NCBI GenBank assembly: GCA_041288045.1
Contig: JBGGMM010000032.1
Location: 1-11,791, forward strand
From: Pseudobdellovibrionaceae bacterium
GTDB taxonomy: Bacteria > Bdellovibrionota > Bdellovibrionia > Bdellovibrionales > Bdellovibrionaceae
Reading direction: 5' to 3'
Length of the DNA: 11,791 nt
How positions within the stretch are numbered: the stretch's first letter is position 1; each line of letters opens with the position of its first letter. Below, piece after piece: positions 1 to 10,141 of this stretch. The position numbers and the translations under genes are program-made. The notes under the pieces are model-generated. The model was not told the DNA's origin. It did no database searches and saw only the letters and a program-made list of their open reading frames with translations.

Positions 1-255
1 GTTTCTGCTGAGAAAAAAGGTAAGCTGGATTTTCGTATCGATAAAGCGGGGATTGTCCACGCTGGAATCGGCAAGAAATCAATGGGAGCTCAGAAGCTGA
101 AAGAGAATTTCGATTCTCTGATGACTGCTGTTCTCAAAGCGAAACCTTCAGCTTCAAAAGGTGTTTATTTGAAATCTATCACTGTGTCTTCAACAATGGG
201 ACCTGGGATCAAAGTCGATCCAAATCCTATTATGAATGCCGGTGGTGAAGAGTAA
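1..255 (+). CDS. rplA: 50S ribosomal protein L1 (uL1), 3' part; 5' end outside window
   Basis: Frame 1, translated by hand: [28 protein letters not shown]...[28 protein letters not shown]...GGEE, stop TAA at 253-255. The F-R-x-D-K-x-G-x-x-H and STMGPG motifs are typical of the L1 C-terminus, and the gene lies directly upstream of rplJ. Confidence 0.97.
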   Translation, partial: VSAEKKGKLDFRIDKAGIVHAGIGKKSMGAQKLKENFDSLMTAVLKAKPSASKGVYLKSITVSSTMGPGIKVDPNPIMNAGGEE

Positions 256-269
256 TTTTAAAAAATAAT

Positions 270-380
270 TGCGGTCAGAGAAAATAGGTCGCTTCCAATC
301 TTCGGATCAGAAGCTTTAATCTGGGAAACCGGTCCTATCGAGACGGGCAAGAGGCAATCCTCCCAACCTTCTGAATCGCA
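270..380 (+). ncRNA. Ribosomal protein L10 leader (L10(L12)n autoregulatory RNA, Rfam L10_leader-like)
   Basis: Located in the rplA-rplJ spacer. The core resembles the L10-leader pattern AGAnAnUAGGU...UUAAU...CCUAnCGAG: ATAGG 284-288 pairs with CCTAT 334-338. Internal stems are GCTTC 291-295/GAAGC 310-314 (with a cUUCGg loop) and CTGG-GAAA-CCGG 321-332. The outer stem is TGCGGTCAGA 270-279 with TCTGAATCGCA 370-380. Confidence 0.8.
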
Positions 381-423
381 CGAACAAAGGGTCGGCTGTG
401 AGAGCAGCGACCCGATAACAGTG

Positions 424-432
424 AAAGGAGGT
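424..432 (+). promoter_or_regulatory. Shine-Dalgarno sequence of rplJ
   Basis: AAAGGAGGT, with GGAGG 7 nt before ATG 439. Confidence 0.85.
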
Positions 433-438
433 CCGCAC

Positions 439-972
439 ATGATGACTCGTGCAACTAAAGAGCAAGAGATTAAGTCTTTGACAGAGCAATTGGCTAAGTC
501 AAAGGGGGCCTTCGTCGTTGATTTCAAAGGTTTGAAAGTGGAGCAGGTAACTTCGTTACGTAAGCTTCTCAACAAATCTGAATCAGAGATGAAGGTTGTC
601 CGCAATACTCTCGCTCGACGAGCTCTGAAGGATTTCCCCAAAGTTGATGAGGCAATTACGTCTTCGATGAAGGGAACCAATGCAATTGTGTTCTCTTACG
701 GTGAAGTGAATGCCACTGCCAAAGCTCTGGCTGATTTCGCAAAAGACAATGAACTTTTGCAGATCAAAACCGGCGTGATGGATGGGGAAAAACTGGATGA
801 TGCAAAGATCAAATTCCTGGCAACATTGCCTGGTAAAGATCAATTGCGCGCAATGTTCTTGGGTGTACTTCAAGCTCCTGGGTCAAAATTGGCTCGCTGC
901 TTGGATGCATATCACAAGAAACTCAGTGGCGGCGAAGGGTCAGCTGAAGCTGCTCCTGCACCACAGGCTTAA
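439..972 (+). CDS. rplJ: 50S ribosomal protein L10 (uL10), 177 aa
   Basis: Motifs [28 protein letters not shown] and [10 protein letters not shown]. Start moved from the ORF-track GTG 421 to ATG 439 (alternatively 442) because the SD lies at 424-432. Confidence 0.97.
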   Translation: MMTRATKEQEIKSLTEQLAKSKGAFVVDFKGLKVEQVTSLRKLLNKSESEMKVVRNTLARRALKDFPKVDEAITSSMKGTNAIVFSYGEVNATAKALADFAKDNELLQIKTGVMDGEKLDDAKIKFLATLPGKDQLRAMFLGVLQAPGSKLARCLDAYHKKLSGGEGSAEAAPAPQA

Positions 973-1000
973 TTTTTATTAATTTTATCGGAGGATTAAA

Positions 1001-1375
1001 ATGTCTTTAACAAATGAACAATTGGTTGAAGAACTTTCTAAAAAGACAGTTCTTGAAATTGCTGAGCTGGTAAAAGCTCTTGAAGAAAAATGGGGTGTTT
1101 CTGCTGCTGCTCCTGTTGCCGTTATGGCTGGTGGCGCTGCTGGTGGAGCTCCTGCAGAAGAAAAAACTCAGTTTGACGTTATCTTGAAGGATGCCGGCTC
1201 TAACAAAATCGGCGTCATTAAAGAAGTTCGTGCTGTCACTGGATTGGGCCTTGCGGAAGCAAAAGCACTTGTTGAAGGTGCACCTAAGACTGTGAAAGAA
1301 GGCGCAACTAAAGACGACGCTGAGAAAATCAAAAAACAGCTGGAAGCAGCTGGCGCTAAAGTCGAAGTCAAGTAG
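1001..1375 (+). CDS. rplL: 50S ribosomal protein L7/L12 (bL12)
   Basis: Motifs [13 protein letters not shown], an Ala/Gly hinge, [34 protein letters not shown] and [18 protein letters not shown] at 990-994. Confidence 0.98.
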   Translation: MSLTNEQLVEELSKKTVLEIAELVKALEEKWGVSAAAPVAVMAGGAAGGAPAEEKTQFDVILKDAGSNKIGVIKEVRAVTGLGLAEAKALVEGAPKTVKEGATKDDAEKIKKQLEAAGAKVEVK

Positions 1376-1391
1376 TCTGATTTTTGACAGG

Positions 1392-1431
1392 GGAAATCCT
1401 CAAAGTTTCGGCTTTGGGGATTTTCACGTTT
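1392..1431 (+). terminator. Stem-loop after rplL; probable partial terminator/attenuator or RNA processing site
   Basis: 15-bp stem GGAAATCCTCAAAGT (1392-1406)/GCTTTGGGGATTTTC (1411-1425), with 3 G-U pairs, a UUCG loop and an imperfect U tail. An attenuator in the rplL-rpoB spacer is established in E. coli. Confidence 0.6.
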
Positions 1432-1449
1432 CAAGACCATGGTCTTGAA
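1430..1449. repeat. Perfect 20-bp palindrome TTCAAGACCATGGTCTTGAA
   Basis: The sequence equals its own reverse complement and has no spacer. Confidence 0.95.
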
Positions 1450-1453
1450 GTAT

Positions 1454-1472
1454 AAAAGGAAGATTTCCTTTT
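1454..1472. repeat. 8-bp inverted repeat AAAAGGAA-gat-TTCCTTTT
   Basis: Read directly from the sequence; it begins 4 nt after the 20-bp palindrome. Confidence 0.85.
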
Positions 1473-1609
1473 GAAGAAACCGAAACAGTGGGGTCTCCGA
1501 ACTTCCTCCTCTCAAAGAGTTCAATTTTTTGGTTTTTGTATCGTCTGAGCAGTCAGCGATTCAAAGCGAACGAACAGCAAATTTTTTGAGTCTATAAACA
1601 GGAGAATAA

Positions 1610-4600
1610 ATGGGAACGACTCCGGTCACAGCATCGAATCTTCGCATTCGAAAAAACTTTGCAAAAAATAAACAGGTCATCGACATCCCGAATTTGATTG
1701 AGCTTCAAAAGAGCTCTTACGAGGCCTTTTTGCAAAAAGAAATGGATCCAGATCGCCGAGGCGAATTGGGTCTCAATGGCGTTTTTAAATCTGTATTTCC
1801 AATCACAGATTTCAACAACACGGCTTCTCTTGAATTCGTGTCTTACACTTTGGAACCAGCAAAGTACGACGTCGACGAATGCCGTCAGCGTGGAATGACT
1901 TTCGCGGCTCCAATCAAAGTGACTCTTCGACTGATTGTATTCGACGTCGATGAGGAAACAGAAGCACGTTCCATCCGCGACGTGAAAGAGCAGGAAGTTT
2001 ACTTGGGTGAAATCCCGCTCATGACTGCCAATGGATCTTTTATTATCAATGGAACTGAGCGCGTTGTCGTTTCTCAGCTCCACAGATCTCCTGGCGTTTT
2101 CTTTGACCACGACGGTGGTAAAAACAATGCTTCTGGAAAATTGATCTACAATGCCCGCGTGATTCCATACCGTGGATCATGGCTGGATTTTGAATTTGAC
2201 CAAAAAGACCTGATCCATGTCCGAATTGACCGTCGCCGTAAGTTCCCAGTGACGATTTTGTTAAAGTCCCTTGGATACAACACAGAACAACTTCTTGAGT
2301 ATTTCTACGATCTTGATGAAGTGACTTTAAAAGGTAAAAAACTTTTTCGAAAATTGGACATTGAAAGAATGTCTGGTCAGCGGGCGATTGTTGATATCGT
2401 TGATCCAAAGACTGGCGAAGCTCTCGTCAAAGCAGGTCGTCGAATCACTCGTGCTGTTGTTAAAAAGGTTCAATCCCTTGATTTGAAAGAAATCGAAATC
2501 ACTCCAGAGGACCTGGAAGGCAAGATTTTGGCCAAACCATTGATTGATGAATCCACTGGTGAAATCATTGCTGATGCCAATGCCGAACTTTCTAAAGGTG
2601 AAATCAGCCGAGCTATCGAAGCCGGAATCGATCGATTCCACATGATTTTCTTCGACGGTCTTTCTGTTGGTCCTTATCTCAGAAACACTCTGTTGGTTGA
2701 TAAAGTGAACAACAAAGAAGAATCTTTGCTGAAAATTTATCAGCATTTGCGTCCTGGTGAGCCGCCAACTTTGGAAGCCGCTACGACCTTCTTTCACCGT
2801 TTGTTCTTTGATCCTGAGACATATGACCTCTCTGAAGTCGGTCGTATCAAAATCAATCACCGCTTCAATATCCCGATGGAAGAATGTCCGCCAGAGCACA
2901 GAACTCTGACAAATAAAGACATTCTCTCCACTGTGAAAACTCTCATCGATTTGAAAAACGGTCGCGGAATCGTGGATGACATCGATCACCTCGGAAACCG
3001 TCGTGTTCGATCTGTGGGTGAGTTGTTGGAAAACCAATACCGAATCGGTCTTGTTCGTATGGAGCGAGCCATCCGTGAGCGCATGAGCTTGCAGGATGTT
3101 GAAACCATGATGCCTCACGACCTCGTGAACGCAAAACCTGTGAACGCTGTGGTGAAAGAATTTTTCGGATCCTCACAGCTCTCTCAGTTTATGGATCAGA
3201 CCAACCCACTGTCAGAGATCACTCACAAACGGCGTTTGTCAGCTCTCGGACCTGGTGGTTTGACTCGTGATCGTGCCGGTTTCGAAGTTCGTGACGTGCA
3301 TCCAACGCACTACGGACGTATCTGCCCAATTGAAACTCCAGAGGGACCAAACATCGGTTTGATTGCCTCTTTGGCGACTTACGCCCGTATCAATAACTAC
3401 GGATTCATCGAAACTCCGTACCGTAAAGTTGATACAGCGAAAGTTTCTGGAAACATCACTTACATGTCAGCTCTCGAAGAAGCTGGGCACAAAATCGCTC
3501 AAGCTCCAAGAGATCCTGCCGGTCAGAAAGAAGTTCAAGAGGACACAGTTGTTTGTCGAGTCGACGGTGAATACGAGATCACTCCAAAAGACCAAGTGTC
3601 TTTGATGGACGTATCTCCTTCTCAGTTGGTGTCCATTGCCGCTTCTCTGATTCCGTTCCTCGAGCATGATGATGCGAACCGAGCTTTGATGGGCTCGAAC
3701 ATGCAACGTCAAGCTGTGCCTCTCTTGCGGTCACGCGCTCCACTGGTTGGAACTGGCGTTGAACGTTTGGTGGCTCGAGACTCTGGAACATCCGTCGTTG
3801 CTCAAAATGACGGTGTGGTTGAGGAGGTCGATGCTTCTCGAGTTGTCGTTCGTCGATTGGCAAAAGGCGGCGAGCTCGGTGCCAACGTGGACATTTACAA
3901 TTTGACCAAATATCAGCGCACCAACCAGAACACTTGCTTCAATCAAAAACCGATTGTGAAAGTGGGAGACCGTGTTTCTCGTGGTGATATCATTGCCGAC
4001 GGTCCTTCGACTGAATTGGGTGAATTGGCTCTGGGGCAAAACATCCTCGTGGCCTTTACTCCTTGGCAAGGTTACAACTTCGAGGACTCAATCCTGATCT
4101 CTGAGCGTTTGATCAAAGAAGACACTTACACTTCGATTCACATCGAAGAATTTGAGTGCGTGGCACGTGATACAAAACTCGGAAAAGAAGAAATCTCTCG
4201 CGATATCGCCAACGTCGGTGAAGAAGCTCTGAAAGATCTCGACTCTTCTGGTATCATTCGCATCGGTGCGGAAGTAAAACCTGGAGCGATCCTGGTCGGT
4301 AAAGTGACTCCAAAAGGCGAAACTCAGCTTTCTCCTGAAGAGAAACTTCTCCGCGCGATCTTCGGTGAAAAAGCCGGCGATGTTCGCGACACCTCACTGC
4401 GCGCGCCATCTGGTGTTTACGGAACAGTGATTGATGCTCAAGTTTACTCTCGTGAAGGTGCTGACCGCGATGAGCGTTTGGCAATTATCATCGAAGAGAA
4501 AAAACGCAAACTCGAGAAAGATCTCGCAGTTGAGCAAAACGTGATCAAAAATAACGCCATTGGAAAACTCAAAGACATCCTGGTTGGCAAGAAAACAACC

Positions 4601-5839
4601 AGCGTTCTTTTGAATGAAGATGGAAGCCAGAAATTGTTGAACAAGGGTCAAGACATTACGTCTGCAGACCTTGAGACAATTCCATTTGAACTCTTGGCTT
4701 ACATTCCTTTGGAACAAGACCTTGAATTCCAAGTGACCAAAATCTTGGATGGGGCCCGAAATCAATTGGATGCTGTGAAAATGGTATTCAACGAAAAGAT
4801 TGATCGTCTCCGCAAAGGTGACGAGCTTCCTCCGGGCGTGATCAAGATGGTCAAAGTTTACGTTGCAATCAAACGTAAACTTCAAGTCGGTGACAAATTT
4901 GCCGGCCGCCACGGAAATAAAGGTGTCGTTTCCAAAGTGCTTCCAGTGGAAGATATGCCTTATCTTGCTGACGGAACTCCGGTTGACATGGTTTTGAACC
5001 CACTCGGCGTACCTTCGCGTATGAATATTGGGCAGGTTTTGGAAGTTCACTTGGGCTGGGCAGCACATGAGCTTGGAAAGCAGCTTTCTGCTCATTTGGA
5101 CAAGTGGAACTCCGACACAGTTCGAAGCGATTTAAAGCGGGCTTTCAGCGACTCTGAAATTGCAGAGAAAGTTGATAAGGCTGACGAAGATTCTTTGAAG
5201 AAGATCATCACAACCATGAAAAATGGGGTGCATGTTGGAACTCCTGTGTTCGATGGAGCCCAAGAATCCGATGTGAAAGATTTGCTGGCGAAAGCCGCTC
5301 TTCCTTCTTCAGGTAAAACGGTTCTCTTTGACGGACGTTCTGGAATTCCATTCCAGAATCCTGTCACTGTCGGAATCATGTACATGCTGAAACTTCACCA
5401 CTTGGTGGAAGAGAAGATTCACGCTCGTTCGATTGGACCCTATTCACTCGTTTCGCAACAACCTCTGGGTGGTAAAGCTCAGTTCGGTGGGCAGCGACTT
5501 GGGGAAATGGAAGTTTGGGCCATCGAAGCTTACGGTGCCGCTTATTCATTACAAGAATTCCTCACAGTTAAGTCCGATGACGTGGCTGGAAGAACTCGAA
5601 TGTATGAAAGCATCGTCAAAGGTGAGAACATTCTCGAACCAGGTTTGCCAGAATCCTTCAACGTTCTTGTCAAAGAGCTTCAGTCTCTGGCCTTGAATGT
5701 TGAACTGATGGAGTCCGATATCCTGACGGATGAGGTTCTTGATGACGAAATGGATGAAGGCAATGGTGAGCTCAACGGCGGTGGCGGAATGCCGAAAGTC
5801 GTAGCTCCAGAAAGTACAGGAGAAGGGCAGCCTCATTAA
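1610..5839 (+). CDS. rpoB: DNA-directed RNA polymerase subunit beta, 1409 aa
   Basis: Motifs [21 protein letters not shown], the rifampicin region [57 protein letters not shown] and [20 protein letters not shown] at 1600-1605. Confidence 0.99.
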   Translation: MGTTPVTASNLRIRKNFAKNKQVIDIPNLIELQKSSYEAFLQKEMDPDRRGELGLNGVFKSVFPITDFNNTASLEFVSYTLEPAKYDVDECRQRGMTFAAPIKVTLRLIVFDVDEETEARSIRDVKEQEVYLGEIPLMTANGSFIINGTERVVVSQLHRSPGVFFDHDGGKNNASGKLIYNARVIPYRGSWLDFEFDQKDLIHVRIDRRRKFPVTILLKSLGYNTEQLLEYFYDLDEVTLKGKKLFRKLDIERMSGQRAIVDIVDPKTGEALVKAGRRITRAVVKKVQSLDLKEIEITPEDLEGKILAKPLIDESTGEIIADANAELSKGEISRAIEAGIDRFHMIFFDGLSVGPYLRNTLLVDKVNNKEESLLKIYQHLRPGEPPTLEAATTFFHRLFFDPETYDLSEVGRIKINHRFNIPMEECPPEHRTLTNKDILSTVKTLIDLKNGRGIVDDIDHLGNRRVRSVGELLENQYRIGLVRMERAIRERMSLQDVETMMPHDLVNAKPVNAVVKEFFGSSQLSQFMDQTNPLSEITHKRRLSALGPGGLTRDRAGFEVRDVHPTHYGRICPIETPEGPNIGLIASLATYARINNYGFIETPYRKVDTAKVSGNITYMSALEEAGHKIAQAPRDPAGQKEVQEDTVVCRVDGEYEITPKDQVSLMDVSPSQLVSIAASLIPFLEHDDANRALMGSNMQRQAVPLLRSRAPLVGTGVERLVARDSGTSVVAQNDGVVEEVDASRVVVRRLAKGGELGANVDIYNLTKYQRTNQNTCFNQKPIVKVGDRVSRGDIIADGPSTELGELALGQNILVAFTPWQGYNFEDSILISERLIKEDTYTSIHIEEFECVARDTKLGKEEISRDIANVGEEALKDLDSSGIIRIGAEVKPGAILVGKVTPKGETQLSPEEKLLRAIFGEKAGDVRDTSLRAPSGVYGTVIDAQVYSREGADRDERLAIIIEEKKRKLEKDLAVEQNVIKNNAIGKLKDILVGKKTTSVLLNEDGSQKLLNKGQDITSADLETIPFELLAYIPLEQDLEFQVTKILDGARNQLDAVKMVFNEKIDRLRKGDELPPGVIKMVKVYVAIKRKLQVGDKFAGRHGNKGVVSKVLPVEDMPYLADGTPVDMVLNPLGVPSRMNIGQVLEVHLGWAAHELGKQLSAHLDKWNSDTVRSDLKRAFSDSEIAEKVDKADEDSLKKIITTMKNGVHVGTPVFDGAQESDVKDLLAKAALPSSGKTVLFDGRSGIPFQNPVTVGIMYMLKLHHLVEEKIHARSIGPYSLVSQQPLGGKAQFGGQRLGEMEVWAIEAYGAAYSLQEFLTVKSDDVAGRTRMYESIVKGENILEPGLPESFNVLVKELQSLALNVELMESDILTDEVLDDEMDEGNGELNGGGGMPKVVAPESTGEGQPH

Positions 5840-5903
5840 GAGGTTGTCTTTCCAAGTGTGTAGGGATTTTGAATTTTAAAATTAAACAAGTATGAGGTGA
5901 CCC

Positions 5904-8900
5904 TTGAGAGACTTGTTAAACTTTTTCGATAAACCAAAAGATCCACTTTCGTTTGATGCCGTTCGGGTATCACTCGCATCTCCTGAAATGATTCGGGATT
6001 GGTCTTTTGGTGAGGTTAAAAAACCTGAAACCATTAACTACCGAACTTTTAAGCCAGAAAGAGATGGTCTCTTCTGCGCAAAGATTTTCGGTCCAATCAA
6101 AGACTACGAATGCTTATGCGGTAAATACAAACGCATGAAATATCGTGGCGTCGTCTGTGAAAAGTGCGGCGTAGAAGTCACTCAGTCCAAAGTTCGTCGA
6201 GAACGCTTGGGTCATATTGAGCTGGCGACTCCCGTTGCTCACATCTGGTTCCTTCGCTCATTACCTTCGCGAATCGGAAATCTTCTCAACCTTTCCCTGA
6301 AAGAAGTTGAAAAGGTCCTTTACTGCGAAGCTTATGTAGTGATCGATCCAATGGAAACTACTTTGGAAGAAGGCCAAGTCCTGACCGAAGAAGCTTACCA
6401 AAATTCTCTGACTGAATTCGGTCCAAATTTCAAAGCAGGCATGGGCGGCGAAGCTGTTCGTGAGCTCTTAAGAAAGATCGACTCCGAATACCTGTCTCGT
6501 AAACTCCGTTTGGAAGTCAAAGAGACCAAGTCAGAAGCTCAAATCAAAAAACTGACAAAGCGTTTGAAGGTTGTTGAAGCTTTCAAAGGTTCTGTGAACA
6601 AGCCTGAGTGGATGATGCTGGAAGCTCTTCCAGTACTTCCTCCAGATTTGCGACCTCTGGTACCTTTGGACGGCGGACGGTTTGCAACTTCCGATTTGAA
6701 TGATCTCTATCGTCGTGTGATCAACCGAAACAATCGTTTGAAACGTCTGCAAGAGCTGAACGCTCCAGATATTATCATCCGAAACGAAAAGCGCATGCTT
6801 CAAGAAGCCGTTGACGCTCTCTTGGACAATGGTCGCCGTGGAAAGACTTTCACTGGCCCGAACAAGCGTCCTCTTCGTTCTTTGAGCGATATGCTCAAAG
6901 GAAAGCAAGGTCGTTTCCGTCAAAATCTTCTCGGAAAGCGTGTGGATTACTCAGGTCGTTCCGTCATCACAGTCGGTCCAACGTTGAAATTGCATCAGTG
7001 CGGTCTTCCTAAAAAGATGGCTCTCGAGCTTTTCAAACCATTTGTTTACAACAAATTGGAAGAAAAAGGTTTTGCGACGACAATCAAGCAAGCCAAAAAA
7101 CTGGTTGATCAAGAAACAGTCGAAGTTTGGGATATTCTCTCTGACGTGGTGAAAGAGCATCCAGTGCTCCTCAACCGTGCACCAACTCTTCACCGCCTTG
7201 GTATCCAAGCTTTCGAACCAGTTCTTCACGAAGGGAAAGCAATCCAATTGCATCCACTCGTTTGTACGGCATTCAACGCCGACTTCGACGGGGATCAAAT
7301 GGCTGTGCACGTTCCGTTGTCAGTTGAAGCTCAGGTTGAGGCACGCGTTTTGATGATGTCGACCAACAACATTCTTTCTCCAGCGAACGGTAAGCCAATC
7401 ATCAATCCATCTCAGGACGTTGTCCTTGGGTTGTATTGGCTGACTCGCACTCGGCTGGGAGCAAAAGGTGCCGGGAAAATTTTCTCCAATGTTCAAGAAG
7501 CGGAATATGCTTTTGAACAGGGTGTGGCTGACCTTCAGGCTATCTGCAAAGTTCGTATCAACGGAAAAATCCAGGAAACGACCATTGGTCGAGCCATCCT
7601 GGCTTCTGCAGTACCTAAAGAAGTTCCCTTCACTGATGTGAACGTCACAATGACAAAGAAGCAGATTGCGGCTTTGATCGATAAGACATTCCGTCTGGCT
7701 GGAGCGAAAGCTACTTGTTTACTCGCGGATCGAATCATGGAGCTTGGATTTAAATTTTCAACTCAATCTGGTATCGCGATCGGTATTGACGACATGGTCA
7801 TTCCGGCAGCGAAGGCGAGACACATTGCAGACGCTGAAAAGCAAGTGAATGAAATTCAACAGCAATACGATGAAGGTTTGATCACAGACGGTGAGCGCTA
7901 CAACAAAGTTGTGGATATTTGGGCTCAGACCGCTGATAAAGTGGCCAAAGAAATGATGGGCCAGATCGAAAAACAAAAATTCGTTGTCGATGGCAAAGAA
8001 GTCGTTGGACCTTCATTCAACCCCATTTTCATCATGGCGGATTCTGGAGCGCGGGGTTCCGCAGCTCAGATTCGTCAGCTTGGTGGAATGCGGGGGCTGA
8101 TGGCGAAACCATCAGGCGAAATCATCGAAACTCCGATTACATCGAACTTTCGTGAAGGTCTGACAGTACTTCAGTACTTCATCTCCACTCACGGTGCTCG
8201 TAAAGGTCTAGCCGATACCGCTTTGAAAACAGCGAACTCTGGTTACTTGACTCGTCGACTTGTTGACGTGGCTCAAGACGTGATCGTCTCTGAAGGTGAT
8301 TGCGGAACGGAGGACGGATTGGAAATCACGCCACTCTATGAAGGCGGCGAAATCATCCAGCCTCTCGGAGAAAGAATCCTAGGTCGTGTCGCTTTGAAAG
8401 ATATCGTTGATCCTTACACTCAAGCTGTGATCGTTCGGGCTCAAGAAGAAATCCAAGAAGTTCACATTCTAAAAGTGGACGAGCTGGGTATTGAGAAGGT
8501 TTGGATCCGATCTGCTCTGACTTGTAAAACAGATCGTGGTGTTTGCGTGAAGTGCTATGGCCGTGACCTTGCTCGTGGAAACACAGTGGGCCTGGGTGAA
8601 ACTGTCGGTATCATTGCTGCTCAGTCTATCGGCGAACCAGGAACGCAGCTCACGATGAGAACCTTCCACTTAGGTGGTGCGGCGTCTCGTGCAGTTGAGC
8701 AATCTGTTCATACTTCTCGTTATGATGGAACTCTCTCATTGAGAAACATCCACTCTGTGACTAACCGCCAAGGTAAATTGGTGGTGATGAACCGTAACGG
8801 TGACGCTGTTGTAGTTGATGAAGCAGGTCGTGAGCGTGAGCATTTCAAGCTCGTTTATGGCGCCGTCTTGAGTTTCAAAGACGGTGATAAGATTGCCAAA

Positions 8901-10028
8901 GGTCAAACAATCGCTGAATGGGATCCATATTCAAATCCAATCATTTCGGAAGTTTCTTCGACCATCCAATTCCAGGATATCGAAGAGGGTTCGACGATGA
9001 GCGAGCAGGTTGACCCTGTGACAGGTTTCGCGACCAAAGTAATCACTGAATCAAAATCTTCTGATGTAAAACCAACAGTTCTATTGACCAACGGTCAGGG
9101 CACTGTTCACAACCTTCCAGGTCGCGACATCCCAGCTCGTTATTTGATCCCAGTTGGTGCTCAGCTCCTGGTTCAAGATGGTCAAGAAGTTCACGCTGGT
9201 GATGTGATCGCCAAGATCCACCGAGAGACATCTAAAACTCGTGACATCACGGGCGGTCTTCCGCGTGTAGCTGAACTGTTTGAAGCTCGTAAGCCAAAAG
9301 AAGCTGCCATCATTTCTGAAATCGATGGCTATGTGACCTTCGGTAAAGACGTCAAAGGTAAGCAGCGGGTGATCGTGACTCCTGAAGTTGGTGAGCAAAA
9401 AGAATACCTCATCCCTAAGGGAAAACACGTGGCTGTTCGTGAAGGCGAATACGTGAAAGCTGGTGAGGCTTTGATGGATGGGCCAACGAATCCGCACGAC
9501 ATCTTGAAAGTCTTGGGAGACAAGGCTCTCTCAGGATACTTGGTCAACGAGATTCAAGAGGTTTACCGACTGCAGGGTGTAAGCATCAATGATAAGCACA
9601 TTGAAGTAATCGTTCGACAAATGCTTCGTAAAGTTCAAGTGTTGGATGCTGGCGATAGCCGCTTCCTCGTCGGCGAACAAGTTGAGAAGTATGCTTTTGA
9701 ACAAGAGAATGAGCGTATTATGGCAGAGGGTGGACAGCCGGCAACTGCTGAACCTCTCTTGCTTGGTATTACTAAAGTTTCTTTGAGCACGGACAGCTGG
9801 ATTTCTGCAGCTTCGTTCCAAGAAACAACAAAAGTTCTTACCGAAGCAGCGATCAACTCACGAACCGACCAATTGCGCGGCTTGAAGGAAAATATCATCA
9901 TGGGTCGTCTGATCCCTGCTGGTACTGGATTAACAAGCTATAAGCGTTGGAAAGTCGAAGTAGTCGAGGACGAAGAGCCAATTTCATTTGCGCTCCCAGG
10001 AATGGGTGCTGTCGCTCCGCAATCCTAA
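5904..10028 (+). CDS. rpoC: DNA-directed RNA polymerase subunit beta', 1374 aa (TTG start)
   Basis: Catalytic NADFDGD at 7275-7295, N-terminal Zn ribbon CLC...CEKC, bridge helix [23 protein letters not shown], trigger loop [13 protein letters not shown] with an SI3-type insertion, and [18 protein letters not shown] at 5894-5900. Confidence 0.99.
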   Translation: MRDLLNFFDKPKDPLSFDAVRVSLASPEMIRDWSFGEVKKPETINYRTFKPERDGLFCAKIFGPIKDYECLCGKYKRMKYRGVVCEKCGVEVTQSKVRRERLGHIELATPVAHIWFLRSLPSRIGNLLNLSLKEVEKVLYCEAYVVIDPMETTLEEGQVLTEEAYQNSLTEFGPNFKAGMGGEAVRELLRKIDSEYLSRKLRLEVKETKSEAQIKKLTKRLKVVEAFKGSVNKPEWMMLEALPVLPPDLRPLVPLDGGRFATSDLNDLYRRVINRNNRLKRLQELNAPDIIIRNEKRMLQEAVDALLDNGRRGKTFTGPNKRPLRSLSDMLKGKQGRFRQNLLGKRVDYSGRSVITVGPTLKLHQCGLPKKMALELFKPFVYNKLEEKGFATTIKQAKKLVDQETVEVWDILSDVVKEHPVLLNRAPTLHRLGIQAFEPVLHEGKAIQLHPLVCTAFNADFDGDQMAVHVPLSVEAQVEARVLMMSTNNILSPANGKPIINPSQDVVLGLYWLTRTRLGAKGAGKIFSNVQEAEYAFEQGVADLQAICKVRINGKIQETTIGRAILASAVPKEVPFTDVNVTMTKKQIAALIDKTFRLAGAKATCLLADRIMELGFKFSTQSGIAIGIDDMVIPAAKARHIADAEKQVNEIQQQYDEGLITDGERYNKVVDIWAQTADKVAKEMMGQIEKQKFVVDGKEVVGPSFNPIFIMADSGARGSAAQIRQLGGMRGLMAKPSGEIIETPITSNFREGLTVLQYFISTHGARKGLADTALKTANSGYLTRRLVDVAQDVIVSEGDCGTEDGLEITPLYEGGEIIQPLGERILGRVALKDIVDPYTQAVIVRAQEEIQEVHILKVDELGIEKVWIRSALTCKTDRGVCVKCYGRDLARGNTVGLGETVGIIAAQSIGEPGTQLTMRTFHLGGAASRAVEQSVHTSRYDGTLSLRNIHSVTNRQGKLVVMNRNGDAVVVDEAGREREHFKLVYGAVLSFKDGDKIAKGQTIAEWDPYSNPIISEVSSTIQFQDIEEGSTMSEQVDPVTGFATKVITESKSSDVKPTVLLTNGQGTVHNLPGRDIPARYLIPVGAQLLVQDGQEVHAGDVIAKIHRETSKTRDITGGLPRVAELFEARKPKEAAIISEIDGYVTFGKDVKGKQRVIVTPEVGEQKEYLIPKGKHVAVREGEYVKAGEALMDGPTNPHDILKVLGDKALSGYLVNEIQEVYRLQGVSINDKHIEVIVRQMLRKVQVLDAGDSRFLVGEQVEKYAFEQENERIMAEGGQPATAEPLLLGITKVSLSTDSWISAASFQETTKVLTEAAINSRTDQLRGLKENIIMGRLIPAGTGLTSYKRWKVEVVEDEEPISFALPGMGAVAPQS

Positions 10029-10056
10029 TTGCAGAGCTTCACATTGAACTTCAAAT

Positions 10057-10093
10057 ACAAAAACCCTCGGGAAACCGGGGGTTTTTGTTTTTT
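10057..10093 (+). terminator. Rho-independent terminator of the rpoBC operon (possibly bidirectional)
   Basis: ACAAAAACCCTCGG-GAAA-CCGGGGGTTTTTGT followed by TTTTT: GC stem, GNRA loop, downstream U-tract and upstream A-tract, 28 nt after the rpoC stop. Confidence 0.92.
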
Positions 10094-10122
10094 GACGAGA
10101 GCTTTTGCCCATGTGGTAGACT
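10092..10122 (+). promoter_or_regulatory. Candidate sigma70-type extended -10 promoter for ORF 10142
   Basis: TG-G-TAGACT at 10114-10122 fits TGnTAnnnT. TTGACG at 10092-10097 gives a long 19-nt spacer. Confidence 0.4.
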
Positions 10123-10141
10123 TATTACAGGTTAAAGATCT

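Noticed and set aside
421..438. ORF-track GTG start for rplJ (MKGGPH extension)
   Set aside because: These codons contain the SD itself; ATG 439 is correctly spaced and fits L10 N-termini.
1384..1389. Perfect -35 hexamer TTGACA after rplL
   Set aside because: No -10-like hexamer 16-18 nt downstream; that position is the hairpin loop (TTCGGC).
5872..5883. AATTTTAAAATT palindrome in the rpoB-rpoC spacer
   Set aside because: A/T only and unstable; expected by chance in an AT-rich spacer.
8685..9240. Large insertion in the beta' trigger loop, considered as a possible intein
   Set aside because: Position and size match the known SI3 (beta' i6) lineage-specific insertion; no intein splice motifs seen.
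258..9901. Many antisense and alternate-frame ORFs over rplJ/rplL/rpoB/rpoC (e.g. 2327-3118, 4394-5095, 1592-2110)
   Set aside because: Shadow ORFs expected from the codon bias of highly expressed genes; no recognisable motifs.
9947..10135. 62-aa ORF spanning the rpoC end
   Set aside because: Overlaps rpoC out of frame and runs through the terminator.
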